Assembly (NCBI GenBank): GCA_041690395.1
Contig: JAWLHJ010000003.1
Span: 608,001-672,000 of the forward strand
Origin: Longimicrobiales bacterium
GTDB lineage: Bacteria > Gemmatimonadota > Gemmatimonadetes > Longimicrobiales > Gaopeijiaceae
Direction of reading: 5' to 3'
DNA length: 64,000 nt
Shown in pieces: positions 41,463 to 50,806 of the stretch. Each line of letters starts with the position of its first letter. Positions within the stretch are counted from its first letter, which is position 1. The position numbers and the translations under genes were made by a program. Under the pieces are notes generated by a model. It was given only the letters and a program-made list of their open reading frames with translations, was not told where the DNA came from and did no database searches.

Positions 41463-41995
41463 CCCGAGGCCTCGTCGGCAAGACGGCGGAGGACCTTCCC
41501 GACGAGATCCTCCAGGCGCCGGTACGTCCGGTCGTACTCCTCGTCGCTCCCGCCGATCGGATCAGGGATGGATCCCGAGTCCGCTCCGGTCTCCGTGCCC
41601 TCCGCGTAGGCCGTGAGGAGGGTGGCGTGGGCTCCACCTCCGAGCTCGCTCACGCGCATGAGGTGCCCGGGGGACATCGTCAGGATGAGGTCGGCCCACT
41701 CGATCTCGCGGCGCGTCAGCAGCGTCGCCCGATGGTCCCGCAGATCGACGCCGCGCTTCGAAGCGACGCGCACCGCACCCCCGGAGGGGGGCGAGCCCGG
41801 AAAGGCGCCCACACCCGCGGACCGCGCTTCCAGTCCGGTCATGGCGCCCTCGCCCGCCAGGCGCGTCGCGATCGCCTCGGCCATCGGGCTCCGGCAGGTG
41901 TTGCCCGTGCAAACGAAGAGGATGCGGTGCGTCCCCCGTCCGGACGCTTCCCGTGACTCGGCGCGATCGTCTCTCTCAGTGGTCGAATGGCTCAT
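41459..41995 (-). CDS. Low-molecular-weight protein phosphatase (YwlE-like Arg/Tyr phosphatase)
   Basis: VCTGNTCRS P-loop and DPIGG. Confidence 0.9.
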   Translation of the reverse strand: MSHSTTERDDRAESREASGRGTHRILFVCTGNTCRSPMAEAIATRLAGEGAMTGLEARSAGVGAFPGSPPSGGAVRVASKRGVDLRDHRATLLTRREIEWADLILTMSPGHLMRVSELGGGAHATLLTAYAEGTETGADSGSIPDPIGGSDEEYDRTYRRLEDLVGKVLRRLADEASG

Positions 41996-42653
41996 GGATC
42001 TCCGGAATGACACAGCGGAGGCGGCCGACGGGCACGCTGCCCGCGCGCACCACGACCGGCTCCGGCCCCGTGCAGTCGAGGACGGTGGACGGCTCGGACG
42101 GGGGCAGCGTGCCCCAGTCCACGACCAGGAGGCGGTCGTCCATCGCTTCCGCGATCTCCATGGCTTCCGATCCCGAACGGGCCGGGGGGTGGCCCGGCTC
42201 GTTCATGCTGGTCGACGTCAGCGGGGCCCCGTAGCAATCCAGGAGCCGCCGCACGAACGGGTGCGGGCTGACCCGCACGCCGACGCCCGCTCCGCTTTCG
42301 CTGCGGACGCCTTCGGGGAAGATACGGTCGGGGTCGGCCAGGACCAGGGTGAGCGCCCCCGGCCAGAACGCCCCCGCGAGCTCGCGTGCGGCCTCGGTCC
42401 ACCGGAGGCCCGGAACGGCATCGGGGCCGGGGATCAGGATGAGGAGCGGGCGGTCGGCCGTCCGGGCCTTCAGCCGCTGGACACGAGCGACCCCTTCGGG
42501 CGTCACCGGGCCGCCGAGGCCGTACACGGTCTCCGTCGGGTACGCGATGGGGAGGCCGGCCTCCAGGTGGGCGACCACCCTGCCGAGATCTCCCTCGGGA
42601 TCGCCCCGAAGATCGAGACGCTCGGGCCCGCTCGCGGCGTCGGGCGTGTTCAC
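41976..42653 (-). CDS. tsaC: L-threonylcarbamoyladenylate synthase (TsaC/YrdC)
   Basis: YPTETVYGL, WPGALT, TSTSMN, PSTV. Confidence 0.9.
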   Translation of the reverse strand: MNTPDAASGPERLDLRGDPEGDLGRVVAHLEAGLPIAYPTETVYGLGGPVTPEGVARVQRLKARTADRPLLILIPGPDAVPGLRWTEAARELAGAFWPGALTLVLADPDRIFPEGVRSESGAGVGVRVSPHPFVRRLLDCYGAPLTSTSMNEPGHPPARSGSEAMEIAEAMDDRLLVVDWGTLPPSEPSTVLDCTGPEPVVVRAGSVPVGRLRCVIPEIHEPFDH

Positions 42654-43354
42654 GGCGCCTGGCGCTCGGCTCGCTGGAGCACGGCCTCGGCCACCACGAG
42701 GTCGTCGGGGCGCGTCACCTTGAAGTTGCCCGGACCCGCGTCCACCATCCGTACCGGGCCGCCGATCGCTTCGACGAGCGCCGCGTCGTCGGTGCCCTCC
42801 CCCGCCCCGTCCTGATACGCCCTGCGAAGAACGGCCGCCGGAAAGACCTGCGGGGTCTGCGCGTGCCACATGGCGGCTCTGGGCGGCGTCTCGACGATGC
42901 GTCCCTCGCTGTCGACGCGCTTCAGCGTGTCGACAGCGGGCGTTCCGGCCACGGCGCCCACGCCGCCGGACGCGATGTCCACGCAGCGCGCCACGACCTC
43001 CGCCGTCACGAACGGTCTGGCCGCGTCGTGCACGGCGATGACGTCGAGGTCGTCCTCGAGCCGAGCGATGCCCGCCCGGACCGACTCGGTGCGCGTCGCG
43101 CCGCCGGCCGTCACCCGGATGCGGGGGTCGAGTGAGGTGAGCCAGGCCGGTGGTCCTTCCTCGTCGTCCGGCGGGAGGGCGACCACGATCGAGACCACAC
43201 GCGGGTCGGCCAGGAACGGCCGGAGCGCCCGCTCCAGGACGGGCACCCCCGCCAGCTCCAGGAACGGCTTCTTCACACCGCCCATCCTCCGTCCCGACCC
43301 CGCGGCCGGCACGACCACGCCGACGCGGGGGCGCCGCGCCTCACCGTCGGTCAC
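42650..43354 (-). CDS. ispD: 2-C-methyl-D-erythritol 4-phosphate cytidylyltransferase
   Basis: PAAGSGRRMG, VHDAARP, AQTPQ, TDD, KVT. Confidence 0.95.
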   Translation of the reverse strand: MTDGEARRPRVGVVVPAAGSGRRMGGVKKPFLELAGVPVLERALRPFLADPRVVSIVVALPPDDEEGPPAWLTSLDPRIRVTAGGATRTESVRAGIARLEDDLDVIAVHDAARPFVTAEVVARCVDIASGGVGAVAGTPAVDTLKRVDSEGRIVETPPRAAMWHAQTPQVFPAAVLRRAYQDGAGEGTDDAALVEAIGGPVRMVDAGPGNFKVTRPDDLVVAEAVLQRAERQAP

Positions 43355-44772
43355 GGCCCATAGCCACCGTCATCTCCGCCCTGGCCGTTCCCATAGCTCC
43401 CGGGCGCCACGGAATCGAAGCGCGTGTACGCCTTCTGGAAGAAGAGCTGCACCACGCCCGTGGGTCCGTTCCGCTGCTTGCTGATGATCAACTCCGACTT
43501 GCCGTCGAGCTCCTCCTTCTTCTCCGCCGGAGCATAGTACTCGGGCCGGTAGAGGAACATGACGACATCGGCATCCTGCTCGATCGAACCGGACTCACGC
43601 AGATCGGACAGCATGGGTCGCTTGTCGGTGCGCTGCTCGGGACCACGGCTGAGCTGCGAGAGCGCGATCACGGGCACCTCGAGCTCGCGCGCGAGCGCCT
43701 TGAGGCCCCGCGAGATCTGACTCACCTCCTGCACCCGGCTCTCCGACTGCCCGGCGCCCGACATGAGCTGCATATAGTCGATCACGATCAGTCCCAGATC
43801 CTTGTCGTCGGACCGGAGCTCGGACTGGAGGCGACGCGCCTTGGCTCGGATCTCGAGGACGTTGCTTCCGGGCTGGTCGTCGATCCAGATCGGGGCGGTG
43901 TTCAGGTGACCGGCGGCGGCCGCGAGGCGTTGATGCTCCTCCTGGGAGAGGCGGCCCTTCCGCAGCTTCTGCGCGTCGATGCGTCCCTCGGAGCAGAGCA
44001 GCCGCTGCACGAGCTGCTCAGAGGACATCTCGAGGGAGAAGATCGCGACCGGGATCTCGTGCGAGATGGCCGCGTTGGCCGCGACGTTCATGACCCAGGA
44101 CGTCTTCCCCATGGACGGTCGCGCCGCCACGATGACGAGGTCGCCCTTCTGCAGTCCCGTCGTCATCCGGTCGAGGTCCGGGAAGCCGCTCGGGACACCC
44201 GTGATCCCGGAGTCGGACTGCTGCAGCCGCTCGATGTGCTCGAACGCCGACCAGAGGATCTCCTTGATCCAGACGAAGCCTTCGCGCTTGTGGCTCTCCG
44301 CTACCTGGAAGATGCGCGCCTCGGCCTCGTCCAGGATCTCGTCGACGTCCTTCGCACCCTGCTCGTAGACGTCGCGGATGATCTGCGTCGACTGTTCGAC
44401 CAGGCGCCTCAGGAGCGCCTTGTCGCGGACGATCCGTGCATGGTACTCGATGTTCGCCGCGGTCGGAACGGCGTCGACGAGGTTGCCGAGGTAGTCGAAG
44501 CCACCGGCCGACTCGAGCTCTCCGGACTTCTTGAGCTCCTCCGACACCGTGATGACGTCGATGACGTCGCCGCGCTCGAAGAGCCGCACCATGGCCCGGT
44601 AGAGACGCCGGTTGGCCTCCCGGTAGAACATGGTGTCGCTCAGGACCTCGACGGCGCGGGTCACGGCGTCGCGGTCGATGAGCATTCCGCCCAGGATCGC
44701 CGTCTCCGCCTCGAGCGAGAACGGGGGGGTGCGGTCGAAGACCGCCTGGGTCAGGGAGGAAGGTGCTTCCAA
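43351..44772 (-). CDS. dnaB: Replicative DNA helicase
   Basis: AARPSMGKT, FSLEM, DYMQLM, LSQLSR, SGSIEQDAD; no intein. Confidence 0.98.
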   Translation of the reverse strand: MEAPSSLTQAVFDRTPPFSLEAETAILGGMLIDRDAVTRAVEVLSDTMFYREANRRLYRAMVRLFERGDVIDVITVSEELKKSGELESAGGFDYLGNLVDAVPTAANIEYHARIVRDKALLRRLVEQSTQIIRDVYEQGAKDVDEILDEAEARIFQVAESHKREGFVWIKEILWSAFEHIERLQQSDSGITGVPSGFPDLDRMTTGLQKGDLVIVAARPSMGKTSWVMNVAANAAISHEIPVAIFSLEMSSEQLVQRLLCSEGRIDAQKLRKGRLSQEEHQRLAAAAGHLNTAPIWIDDQPGSNVLEIRAKARRLQSELRSDDKDLGLIVIDYMQLMSGAGQSESRVQEVSQISRGLKALARELEVPVIALSQLSRGPEQRTDKRPMLSDLRESGSIEQDADVVMFLYRPEYYAPAEKKEELDGKSELIISKQRNGPTGVVQLFFQKAYTRFDSVAPGSYGNGQGGDDGGYGP

Positions 44773-44851
44773 GCCGGGGCTCGATCGATGGGATGCATGG
44801 GGAAACGGACCCGCAATCTACGGGAGCCCGCAGTCGCTGAGGAGGGGCGGC

Positions 44852-45778
44852 CTACCCGGCCTCGTCCATGACGTCCCGCAGGAGCTGCAAGTCGTCCCAG
44901 AATGCCCTCGTCCAGTTCCCGTTCCTGAGCAGCGCGGCCGGGTGGTACGTCACCACGAGCGGCACGCCCTGATAGCTGTGCACCTCGCCGCGGAGCTTGC
45001 CGAGCGCCGTCTTGTCCCGCCCGGTCAGGAGCTGGGCCGAGAACGAGCCGACCGCGAGGATCGCCCGGGGCTGGACGATCTCGATCTGCTTCAGCAGGTA
45101 CGGCGAGCACGTCTCGATCTCGCGCGGCTCGGGGTTCCGGTTCCCCGGCGGGCGGCATTTCAGGACGTTGCAGATGTAGACCGACTCCTCCCGCGAGAGG
45201 TCCACCGTCGCCAGGAGCAGGTCGAGGAACTTTCCCGCCGCCCCCACGAACGGCAGGCCGGTCTCGTCCTCGTTCGCGCCCGGCGCCTCGCCGACCACCA
45301 TGAGCCGCGCGTCGGGCGAGCCGTCCGCGAACACGACCTGGGTGCGGCTGTCGGACAACCCGCACCGCGTGCACCCGAGCGCGAGGTCACGGAGCGCGTC
45401 GTGGTCGTCGGGAAGGACCGGTAGGTCCGCGCGCGCGACCGGCTTCGACGCGGGCTTGCACGCCGGAGCCTCCGCCCCGGACGCCTCGGGACGGCTCGCC
45501 GTGTTCGAGCGGTCGATCTCCTCGCGGACCAGGTCCTTCAGGGAGCGGGCGGCAGCGTCGCCCGTGGCTACGGCGCGGCCGGGGGCTTCCCGAGCCACGG
45601 CAGGGTCGGGCCGGCGGGTGGGCGCGGTGCCCGCCACCGGAGCCCGCTTCGCTTCCCGGACGAGCGCGATCAACCGCTCACGGTCGAGTCCGTCCAGGAA
45701 CCACTCCGTCTCACCCATGTCGATGCTCTGACGGACGAGACGCGCGGCGACGGTGCGGAGGTCGACGTCCCCGCTCAC
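44852..45778 (-). CDS. Uracil-DNA glycosylase family 4
   Basis: CTRC, GEAPG, KCRPP, HPAALL. Confidence 0.93.
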   Translation of the reverse strand: MSGDVDLRTVAARLVRQSIDMGETEWFLDGLDRERLIALVREAKRAPVAGTAPTRRPDPAVAREAPGRAVATGDAAARSLKDLVREEIDRSNTASRPEASGAEAPACKPASKPVARADLPVLPDDHDALRDLALGCTRCGLSDSRTQVVFADGSPDARLMVVGEAPGANEDETGLPFVGAAGKFLDLLLATVDLSREESVYICNVLKCRPPGNRNPEPREIETCSPYLLKQIEIVQPRAILAVGSFSAQLLTGRDKTALGKLRGEVHSYQGVPLVVTYHPAALLRNGNWTRAFWDDLQLLRDVMDEAG

Positions 45779-47016
45779 GAGCCATGCTCCAGCGCCGGGG
45801 TCACCCGGTCCAGGATCTCATCCGCGACCTCGTGCTTGGAGGCGAGCGGAAGCCGCTCCGGCTTGCCCTCGGCCGTCAGGATCGTGACGCGGTTCGTGTC
45901 GACCTCGAAGCCCGCGCCCTCCTCGTTGGCGTCGTTCGCGACGAGCAGGTCGAAGCCCTTGGATTCGAGCTTCTTCCGCGCGTTGGCGATCACGTCGGAC
46001 GTCTCGAGGGCGAAGCCCACCGCGACGCTCCCCGCCTTGCGCCGGCTCCTCGTGTCGCGTGCGACGTCAGGATTCTCGGTCAGCGTGAGGGCGAGCCCGT
46101 CGCCCGAGTCGCGGCGCTTGAGCTTGTCGGTCCGGGCATCGACAGGCCGGTAGTCGGCGACGGCGGCGGCGAAGATCGACACGTCGGCCTCCCCGATCCG
46201 CTCCGAGACGGCGGCGTGCATGTCGACGGCCGACTCGACCCGGACCAGATCCACGCCCACCGGTGCGTCCAGCGCGGTCGGCCCGCTCACGAGAGTGACC
46301 CGCGCGCCTCTTCTCCACGCGGCGGCGGCGAGCGCGTAACCCATGCGTCCCGACGAGCGGTTCCCGACGTAGCGGACCGGGTCGATGGCCTCCCGGGTCG
46401 GGCCGGCCGTCACGAGCACGTGCCGGCCCTGCCAGCGGGCGTCGCGCCCGAGCGCCCTCCCGACGTGCGCCACGATGTCGGCCGGCTCGGTCATGCGGCC
46501 CGGCCCCTCCCCTTCACCCGCGGCGAGGGGACCGACGGCGGGACCCAGCACCTCGTAGCCCAGGGCGTTCGACAGATGCTCGATATTCGCGCGAACCTGG
46601 GGATGATCGTACATGACGTCGTTCATGGCCGGGCAGACGAGCACGGGGGCCCTGGTCGCCAGGAGCGTCGTGCAGATCAGGTCGTTCGACCGACCGTGGG
46701 CGGCCCGCGCGACGAAGTCCGCGGTCGCGGGCGCGACGCAGACGACGTCGGCCTCCCGACCCAGCCTGACGTGCAACGCGGCCCCCTCGGCGGAGAACAT
46801 GTCCGTCAGGGGAAGCCGTCCGGTCACCGACTCATACGAAAGCGGCGTGACGAAGCGGAGTGCCGATCCGGTCGGCACCACGTCCACCACGCCGCCCAGC
46901 CGGGTCAGGTCCCGGGCGAGCTGCACCGTCTTGTAGGCCGCCACGCCCCCGGTCACGCCGAGGACGATCCGCCGACCCTTCCAGGGGCTACGCGGAACGA
47001 GCACGACGGGCGGCAC
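45775..47016 (-). CDS. coaBC: Phosphopantothenoylcysteine decarboxylase/ligase
   Basis: GGVAAYK, PAMN, TAGPTRE, NRSSGRMG, AAVAD, GFALET. Confidence 0.96.
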   Translation of the reverse strand: MPPVVLVPRSPWKGRRIVLGVTGGVAAYKTVQLARDLTRLGGVVDVVPTGSALRFVTPLSYESVTGRLPLTDMFSAEGAALHVRLGREADVVCVAPATADFVARAAHGRSNDLICTTLLATRAPVLVCPAMNDVMYDHPQVRANIEHLSNALGYEVLGPAVGPLAAGEGEGPGRMTEPADIVAHVGRALGRDARWQGRHVLVTAGPTREAIDPVRYVGNRSSGRMGYALAAAAWRRGARVTLVSGPTALDAPVGVDLVRVESAVDMHAAVSERIGEADVSIFAAAVADYRPVDARTDKLKRRDSGDGLALTLTENPDVARDTRSRRKAGSVAVGFALETSDVIANARKKLESKGFDLLVANDANEEGAGFEVDTNRVTILTAEGKPERLPLASKHEVADEILDRVTPALEHGS

Positions 47017-47035
47017 GACGGAATCGTCCGTCCGC

Positions 47036-47251
47036 TTACTCTTCGCGACGCCGGCGCTTGACGAGCCTGAACTCGATCTGGCCGGAGGTCAGCGCCTCGA
47101 GCGAGCGGGTCGTGAGCTTCTTCTCTTCGCCGATCGGCATCGCCTCACGGGGAAGCGAGTTGAGCTCGCGCGCGTACTTCGCTGCGACGAGCACGCCGAG
47201 ATACTTGCTCTCGGTTCCGGTCGCCACTTCCATCGGTGTGAACACCCGCAT
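47036..47251 (-). CDS. rpoZ: RNA polymerase omega subunit
   Basis: SKYLGVLVAAKYAR; gmk-rpoZ-coaBC synteny. Confidence 0.85.
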   Translation of the reverse strand: MRVFTPMEVATGTESKYLGVLVAAKYARELNSLPREAMPIGEEKKLTTRSLEALTSGQIEFRLVKRRRREE

Positions 47252-47299
47252 CTGGTCTCTCCCTGTCGTACTTCTGGTGACCCGCAACGAGACCCGCGC

Positions 47300-47959
47300 C
47301 TAGCTGGCCGCGCGTCCCTCGATTTCCCGCTCCAACACCCGCGCTACCTCGGCCCTCAGCCCGCGCGCGTCCTCTCTCGTGCCCGAGGTCTCACCGGGAG
47401 CCAACTCGCCCGCGACGATCGCCTCGATCTCGGCCAGGCATCGCTCGAGATCGTCGTTGACGACCACGTAGTCGAACGCCTCGGCCGCATCCAGCTCGTC
47501 GAGCGCGGACCGCAGCCGGCGCTCGATGTCCTCCCGCCCTTCCGTTCCCCGCTCGCGAAGCCGGGTCATGAGCGACTCGGCCGAGGGCGGCAGCACGAAG
47601 ATCAGCCGGGTCTCCGGGAACGCCTCCTTCACCTGACGCGCGCCCTGGACGTCGATGTCGAGCACCACGTGCGCGCCGCGCGCTGCGGCGGCCTCGAGCT
47701 CGACCCTCGGCGTCCCGTACAGTCGGCCGTGGACCTCCGCCCATTCGGCCAGCTCACCCCGCTCCACCATCGCCTCGAAGGTTTCGCGGTCCACGAAATG
47801 ATAATCGATCCCGTCCCGCTCCGTACCCCTCGGGGCCCGCGTCGTGGCGGACACCGAGAACTCGTACCGCCCGGATCCGTCGACGAGCCGGCGCGACAAG
47901 GTGGTCTTGCCGGTGCCGCTCGGCGCCGCGAGGACGACGGGGCAGGCGCCGGACGTCAC
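47300..47959 (-). CDS. gmk: Guanylate kinase
   Basis: APSGTGKTT, SATTRAPR, YGT, DIDVQGA. Confidence 0.96.
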   Translation of the reverse strand: MTSGACPVVLAAPSGTGKTTLSRRLVDGSGRYEFSVSATTRAPRGTERDGIDYHFVDRETFEAMVERGELAEWAEVHGRLYGTPRVELEAAAARGAHVVLDIDVQGARQVKEAFPETRLIFVLPPSAESLMTRLRERGTEGREDIERRLRSALDELDAAEAFDYVVVNDDLERCLAEIEAIVAGELAPGETSGTREDARGLRAEVARVLEREIEGRAAS

Positions 47960-48843
47960 TCGACGTTCTCGACCTGCTCGCGGACGCGCTCGATCTCTTC
48001 CTTCAGGCCCACCGACGCCTGGGCGATCCGCGCGTCGTTGGCCTTCGAACCGATCGTGTTCGCCTCCCGGTGCATCTCCTGGACCAGAAAGCCGAGACGC
48101 TTGCCCACGGGCTCGTCCCCCGCGGCACCCAGCGCCTCCTTGAAGAGCTCGATGTGCGAGCGGTAGCGGACGATCTCTTCGTTGATGTCCCAGCGCTCGG
48201 CCAGGTACGCGACCTCGCGCGCGAGCCGGTCTTCGTCCACGTCCACCTGTCCGCTGAGCTCGGCGACGGCCTCCCGCAGGCGGTCGCGCTCGGCGGTGAG
48301 CCGCTCGGGCGCCCGCTCTGCCACCTCGTCGAGAAGGGCGTCCATGGCGTCCACCCTGCCACGGAGGTCCGTCTCGAGCCGGCGTCCCTCGGCTTCGCGC
48401 ATCTCGCGGGCGGCCGAAGCCGCGTCGGCCGCGAGCTCCTCCACCCACTCGGGCTCGAGGCTCGCGCCCCGGTCCGGCTCGCCGCCGCGGAAGAGCTCCC
48501 CGAAGCGCGCGATCATCTGGAGGTCCACCACACCCGGCACCGCCAGGTGCTCGCGAAGCCCCTCGAGCGCATCCTTCAACGCCTCCGCGCGCTCGAAGTC
48601 CACGTGGACCTCGCGGCCCGCACTGCCGGAGCCACGCCCTATGGTGAGCGACGCGCTCACGTGTCCCCGGGTGAGATGCCGCTTCAGCCCTTCGACGACG
48701 GAGCGCTCGAACCGGTCGAGGCCCTGCGGCGTCTTCACGCTGGTGTTGAAGAAGCGGTGGTTCACGGTACGCACCTCGATGCGAACGAGACCCTCGTCGG
48801 TCTCCCGCTCGGCGTCGCCGTACCCCGTCATGCTCCGGATCAT
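47956..48843 (-). CDS. yicC: YicC/YloC family endoribonuclease
   Basis: MIRSMTGYG, QEMHREANTIGSK, REQVENVE. Confidence 0.94.
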   Translation of the reverse strand: MIRSMTGYGDAERETDEGLVRIEVRTVNHRFFNTSVKTPQGLDRFERSVVEGLKRHLTRGHVSASLTIGRGSGSAGREVHVDFERAEALKDALEGLREHLAVPGVVDLQMIARFGELFRGGEPDRGASLEPEWVEELAADAASAAREMREAEGRRLETDLRGRVDAMDALLDEVAERAPERLTAERDRLREAVAELSGQVDVDEDRLAREVAYLAERWDINEEIVRYRSHIELFKEALGAAGDEPVGKRLGFLVQEMHREANTIGSKANDARIAQASVGLKEEIERVREQVENVE

Positions 48844-48907
48844 CTTCGCGCTCCATGCATAGCCGACAATACTAATACCGATGCGCGAACGACCGAAGGT
48901 GGGGCGG

Positions 48908-50806
48908 TCAGTTGCGCATGGTCCAGCGGAGGCCGTACGAGGTCCGGAGGGCCGGCAAGACCCGCCCCGGGAACGCCTGGAGGTTCCGGCGTACGGTGAC
49001 GTTCTCCCAAGACACGAAGATCCGGACCGTCACGATCCGCACCTGGATGCGGGCGTCCCAGCTCTGGTAGAAGGGCACCGTCACGAGTTGCGTGCCGTCC
49101 GGATCGTCGTCCGGCGGGGGAGCGAAGACCTGCATGGGGTCGTGGCCCCGCACCCCCACGCTCGCCCTGAGCTCCAGGTTCTCGGAGTCCATGTACACAC
49201 GGTGGAAGTCGAACGCGCCCCGGTAGATCCGCGCCGGGAGATACGGACCCGGCCGGTCCCACTCCTGGTACGAGCCCACGAGATCGAGGCCTTCGAGCGG
49301 GGTCGGCACGCGTCCGTGCGCTTCCCATCCCCGGCGGGTCACACCTGGCACCGGGTCGGCGCCGAGGTCGGGCGCCAGCCCCAACGGCAGCGAGACGTCG
49401 TGCTCGAGCCCGAGCGCGGCCGCCGAGACGGTCGCGCCACGCCACGAGAGCATGGCGCCCGCCCGGTAGGTCGTCCGGTCCGTGAGCCAAAGCGTGGCCG
49501 GACGGCGGGACTCCCAGGCGGGTTGCGCCGGGTCGACCGGCGCCTCCGGATCGTCGGGATCCGGCTCGGCAACCGGCGGCGGCGTGCGGTCCAGCACCGG
49601 GCCGGAGCGGGCCCCGTACCGTCCCGAGCTCCAGTCGCCGAACAGCGTGACACCCGCGAGGGGCTCCACCCAGCCGCCGACCGACCGGCTCCACGGCCGC
49701 GCCCCCTTCCAGTCCTCGCGCGTCACGCGGCCCGTGACGCCCCCGAGACCCTCGCGGCGCCACCCACCCTCGACGTCCAGGCGATTCTCGAGGAGGTCGT
49801 CTCCGCCGATGAGGCGAAACGCTCCGTCCGCCCACAGTCCGGCCGCCTCGAGCGAGAGCCGCCCCCCGTGCTGCGTGCGCCCCCCTCCTTCGGTCGCGTA
49901 GAGCGGGCGCTCGTCGTCCGTATCGACGGTGTGGCGGCCGGTGAAGAGCTCGGCCACGACGCCGTCGGCGAGTCGAGCCCGCCCCCGGAGCGTCACGTCC
50001 GTGCGGGTCACCGGCGCGGGATAGTCGGCGACCTCGGAGCGCGACCCCATGCGTCGGTAGTCGAGCGCGATACCGGCGGCCTCCCCCCGGTGGAGCTGGT
50101 ACCGGACCCAACTCCCCGTCCGGCTTCCGGTCTCCCGGCCACCGGCGCCGCGCGTGTCGGAGCGCTCGAGCGCCAGGCCCAGGCTCCCGCCCAGCGCGTT
50201 CGGAGCGGTGAACGTGCCGCGGAACAGATTGTTGTCGAGATCGCCCGTCCCGGCCTCGACCAGGGAGTACGGCCGGTGGTCCTCGTAGTCCAGCGACCAC
50301 ATCTCCACGAGAATCCGCCCACCGCTCCGCCTGACGCGCACGCGCTCGATCCCTCCGAGGCCGACGCGCTGCAGATCGACGACCCCTCCCGACATCGGCA
50401 GCAGCTCGAAGCCGTCACGGATGACGCGGACGCCGCCGGCGCCATGAGCGAACGCGCTGAACGCCGCGGGCGTCCCGTAATCGCCTGCCTGGAGCGGCAC
50501 GACCCCGGGAACCTCGTCCACGAGCTCCACCAGCGTGTGGGCTCCGGACGCCATGATCTGCTCGTGGTCCCAATTCCAGGTGCCCATCTCCCACCCGGAG
50601 CGGACCCCGTCGGCGTGCGCCGGGAGGTTGTGGAAGTCCGGTACGCTGTCCGTCGTCAGCGTGTCGGCCGTCACCGAATCGGGCGCCATCCGAGCGACCT
50701 CGGCCGAGTCGGGCCGTGGCAGCGAGTCGGGCACGGGGTCCTGGGCGACCGCCCCTGCCGGCCACGCGCCCAGGACGAAGAGAAGGACGGGAAAGCGCTT
50801 CGTCAC
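48908..50806 (-). CDS. Outer-membrane beta-barrel protein with a TonB plug-like N-terminal domain
   Basis: Signal peptide, LVDEVPGV...RDG plug-like region, amphipathic strands, ends GLRWTMRN. Confidence 0.65.
   Translation of the reverse strand: MTKRFPVLLFVLGAWPAGAVAQDPVPDSLPRPDSAEVARMAPDSVTADTLTTDSVPDFHNLPAHADGVRSGWEMGTWNWDHEQIMASGAHTLVELVDEVPGVVPLQAGDYGTPAAFSAFAHGAGGVRVIRDGFELLPMSGGVVDLQRVGLGGIERVRVRRSGGRILVEMWSLDYEDHRPYSLVEAGTGDLDNNLFRGTFTAPNALGGSLGLALERSDTRGAGGRETGSRTGSWVRYQLHRGEAAGIALDYRRMGSRSEVADYPAPVTRTDVTLRGRARLADGVVAELFTGRHTVDTDDERPLYATEGGGRTQHGGRLSLEAAGLWADGAFRLIGGDDLLENRLDVEGGWRREGLGGVTGRVTREDWKGARPWSRSVGGWVEPLAGVTLFGDWSSGRYGARSGPVLDRTPPPVAEPDPDDPEAPVDPAQPAWESRRPATLWLTDRTTYRAGAMLSWRGATVSAAALGLEHDVSLPLGLAPDLGADPVPGVTRRGWEAHGRVPTPLEGLDLVGSYQEWDRPGPYLPARIYRGAFDFHRVYMDSENLELRASVGVRGHDPMQVFAPPPDDDPDGTQLVTVPFYQSWDARIQVRIVTVRIFVSWENVTVRRNLQAFPGRVLPALRTSYGLRWTMRN

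Noticed and set aside
43351..44772. Possible intein in dnaB
   Set aside because: Length (473 aa) and motif spacing are normal, with no insertion.
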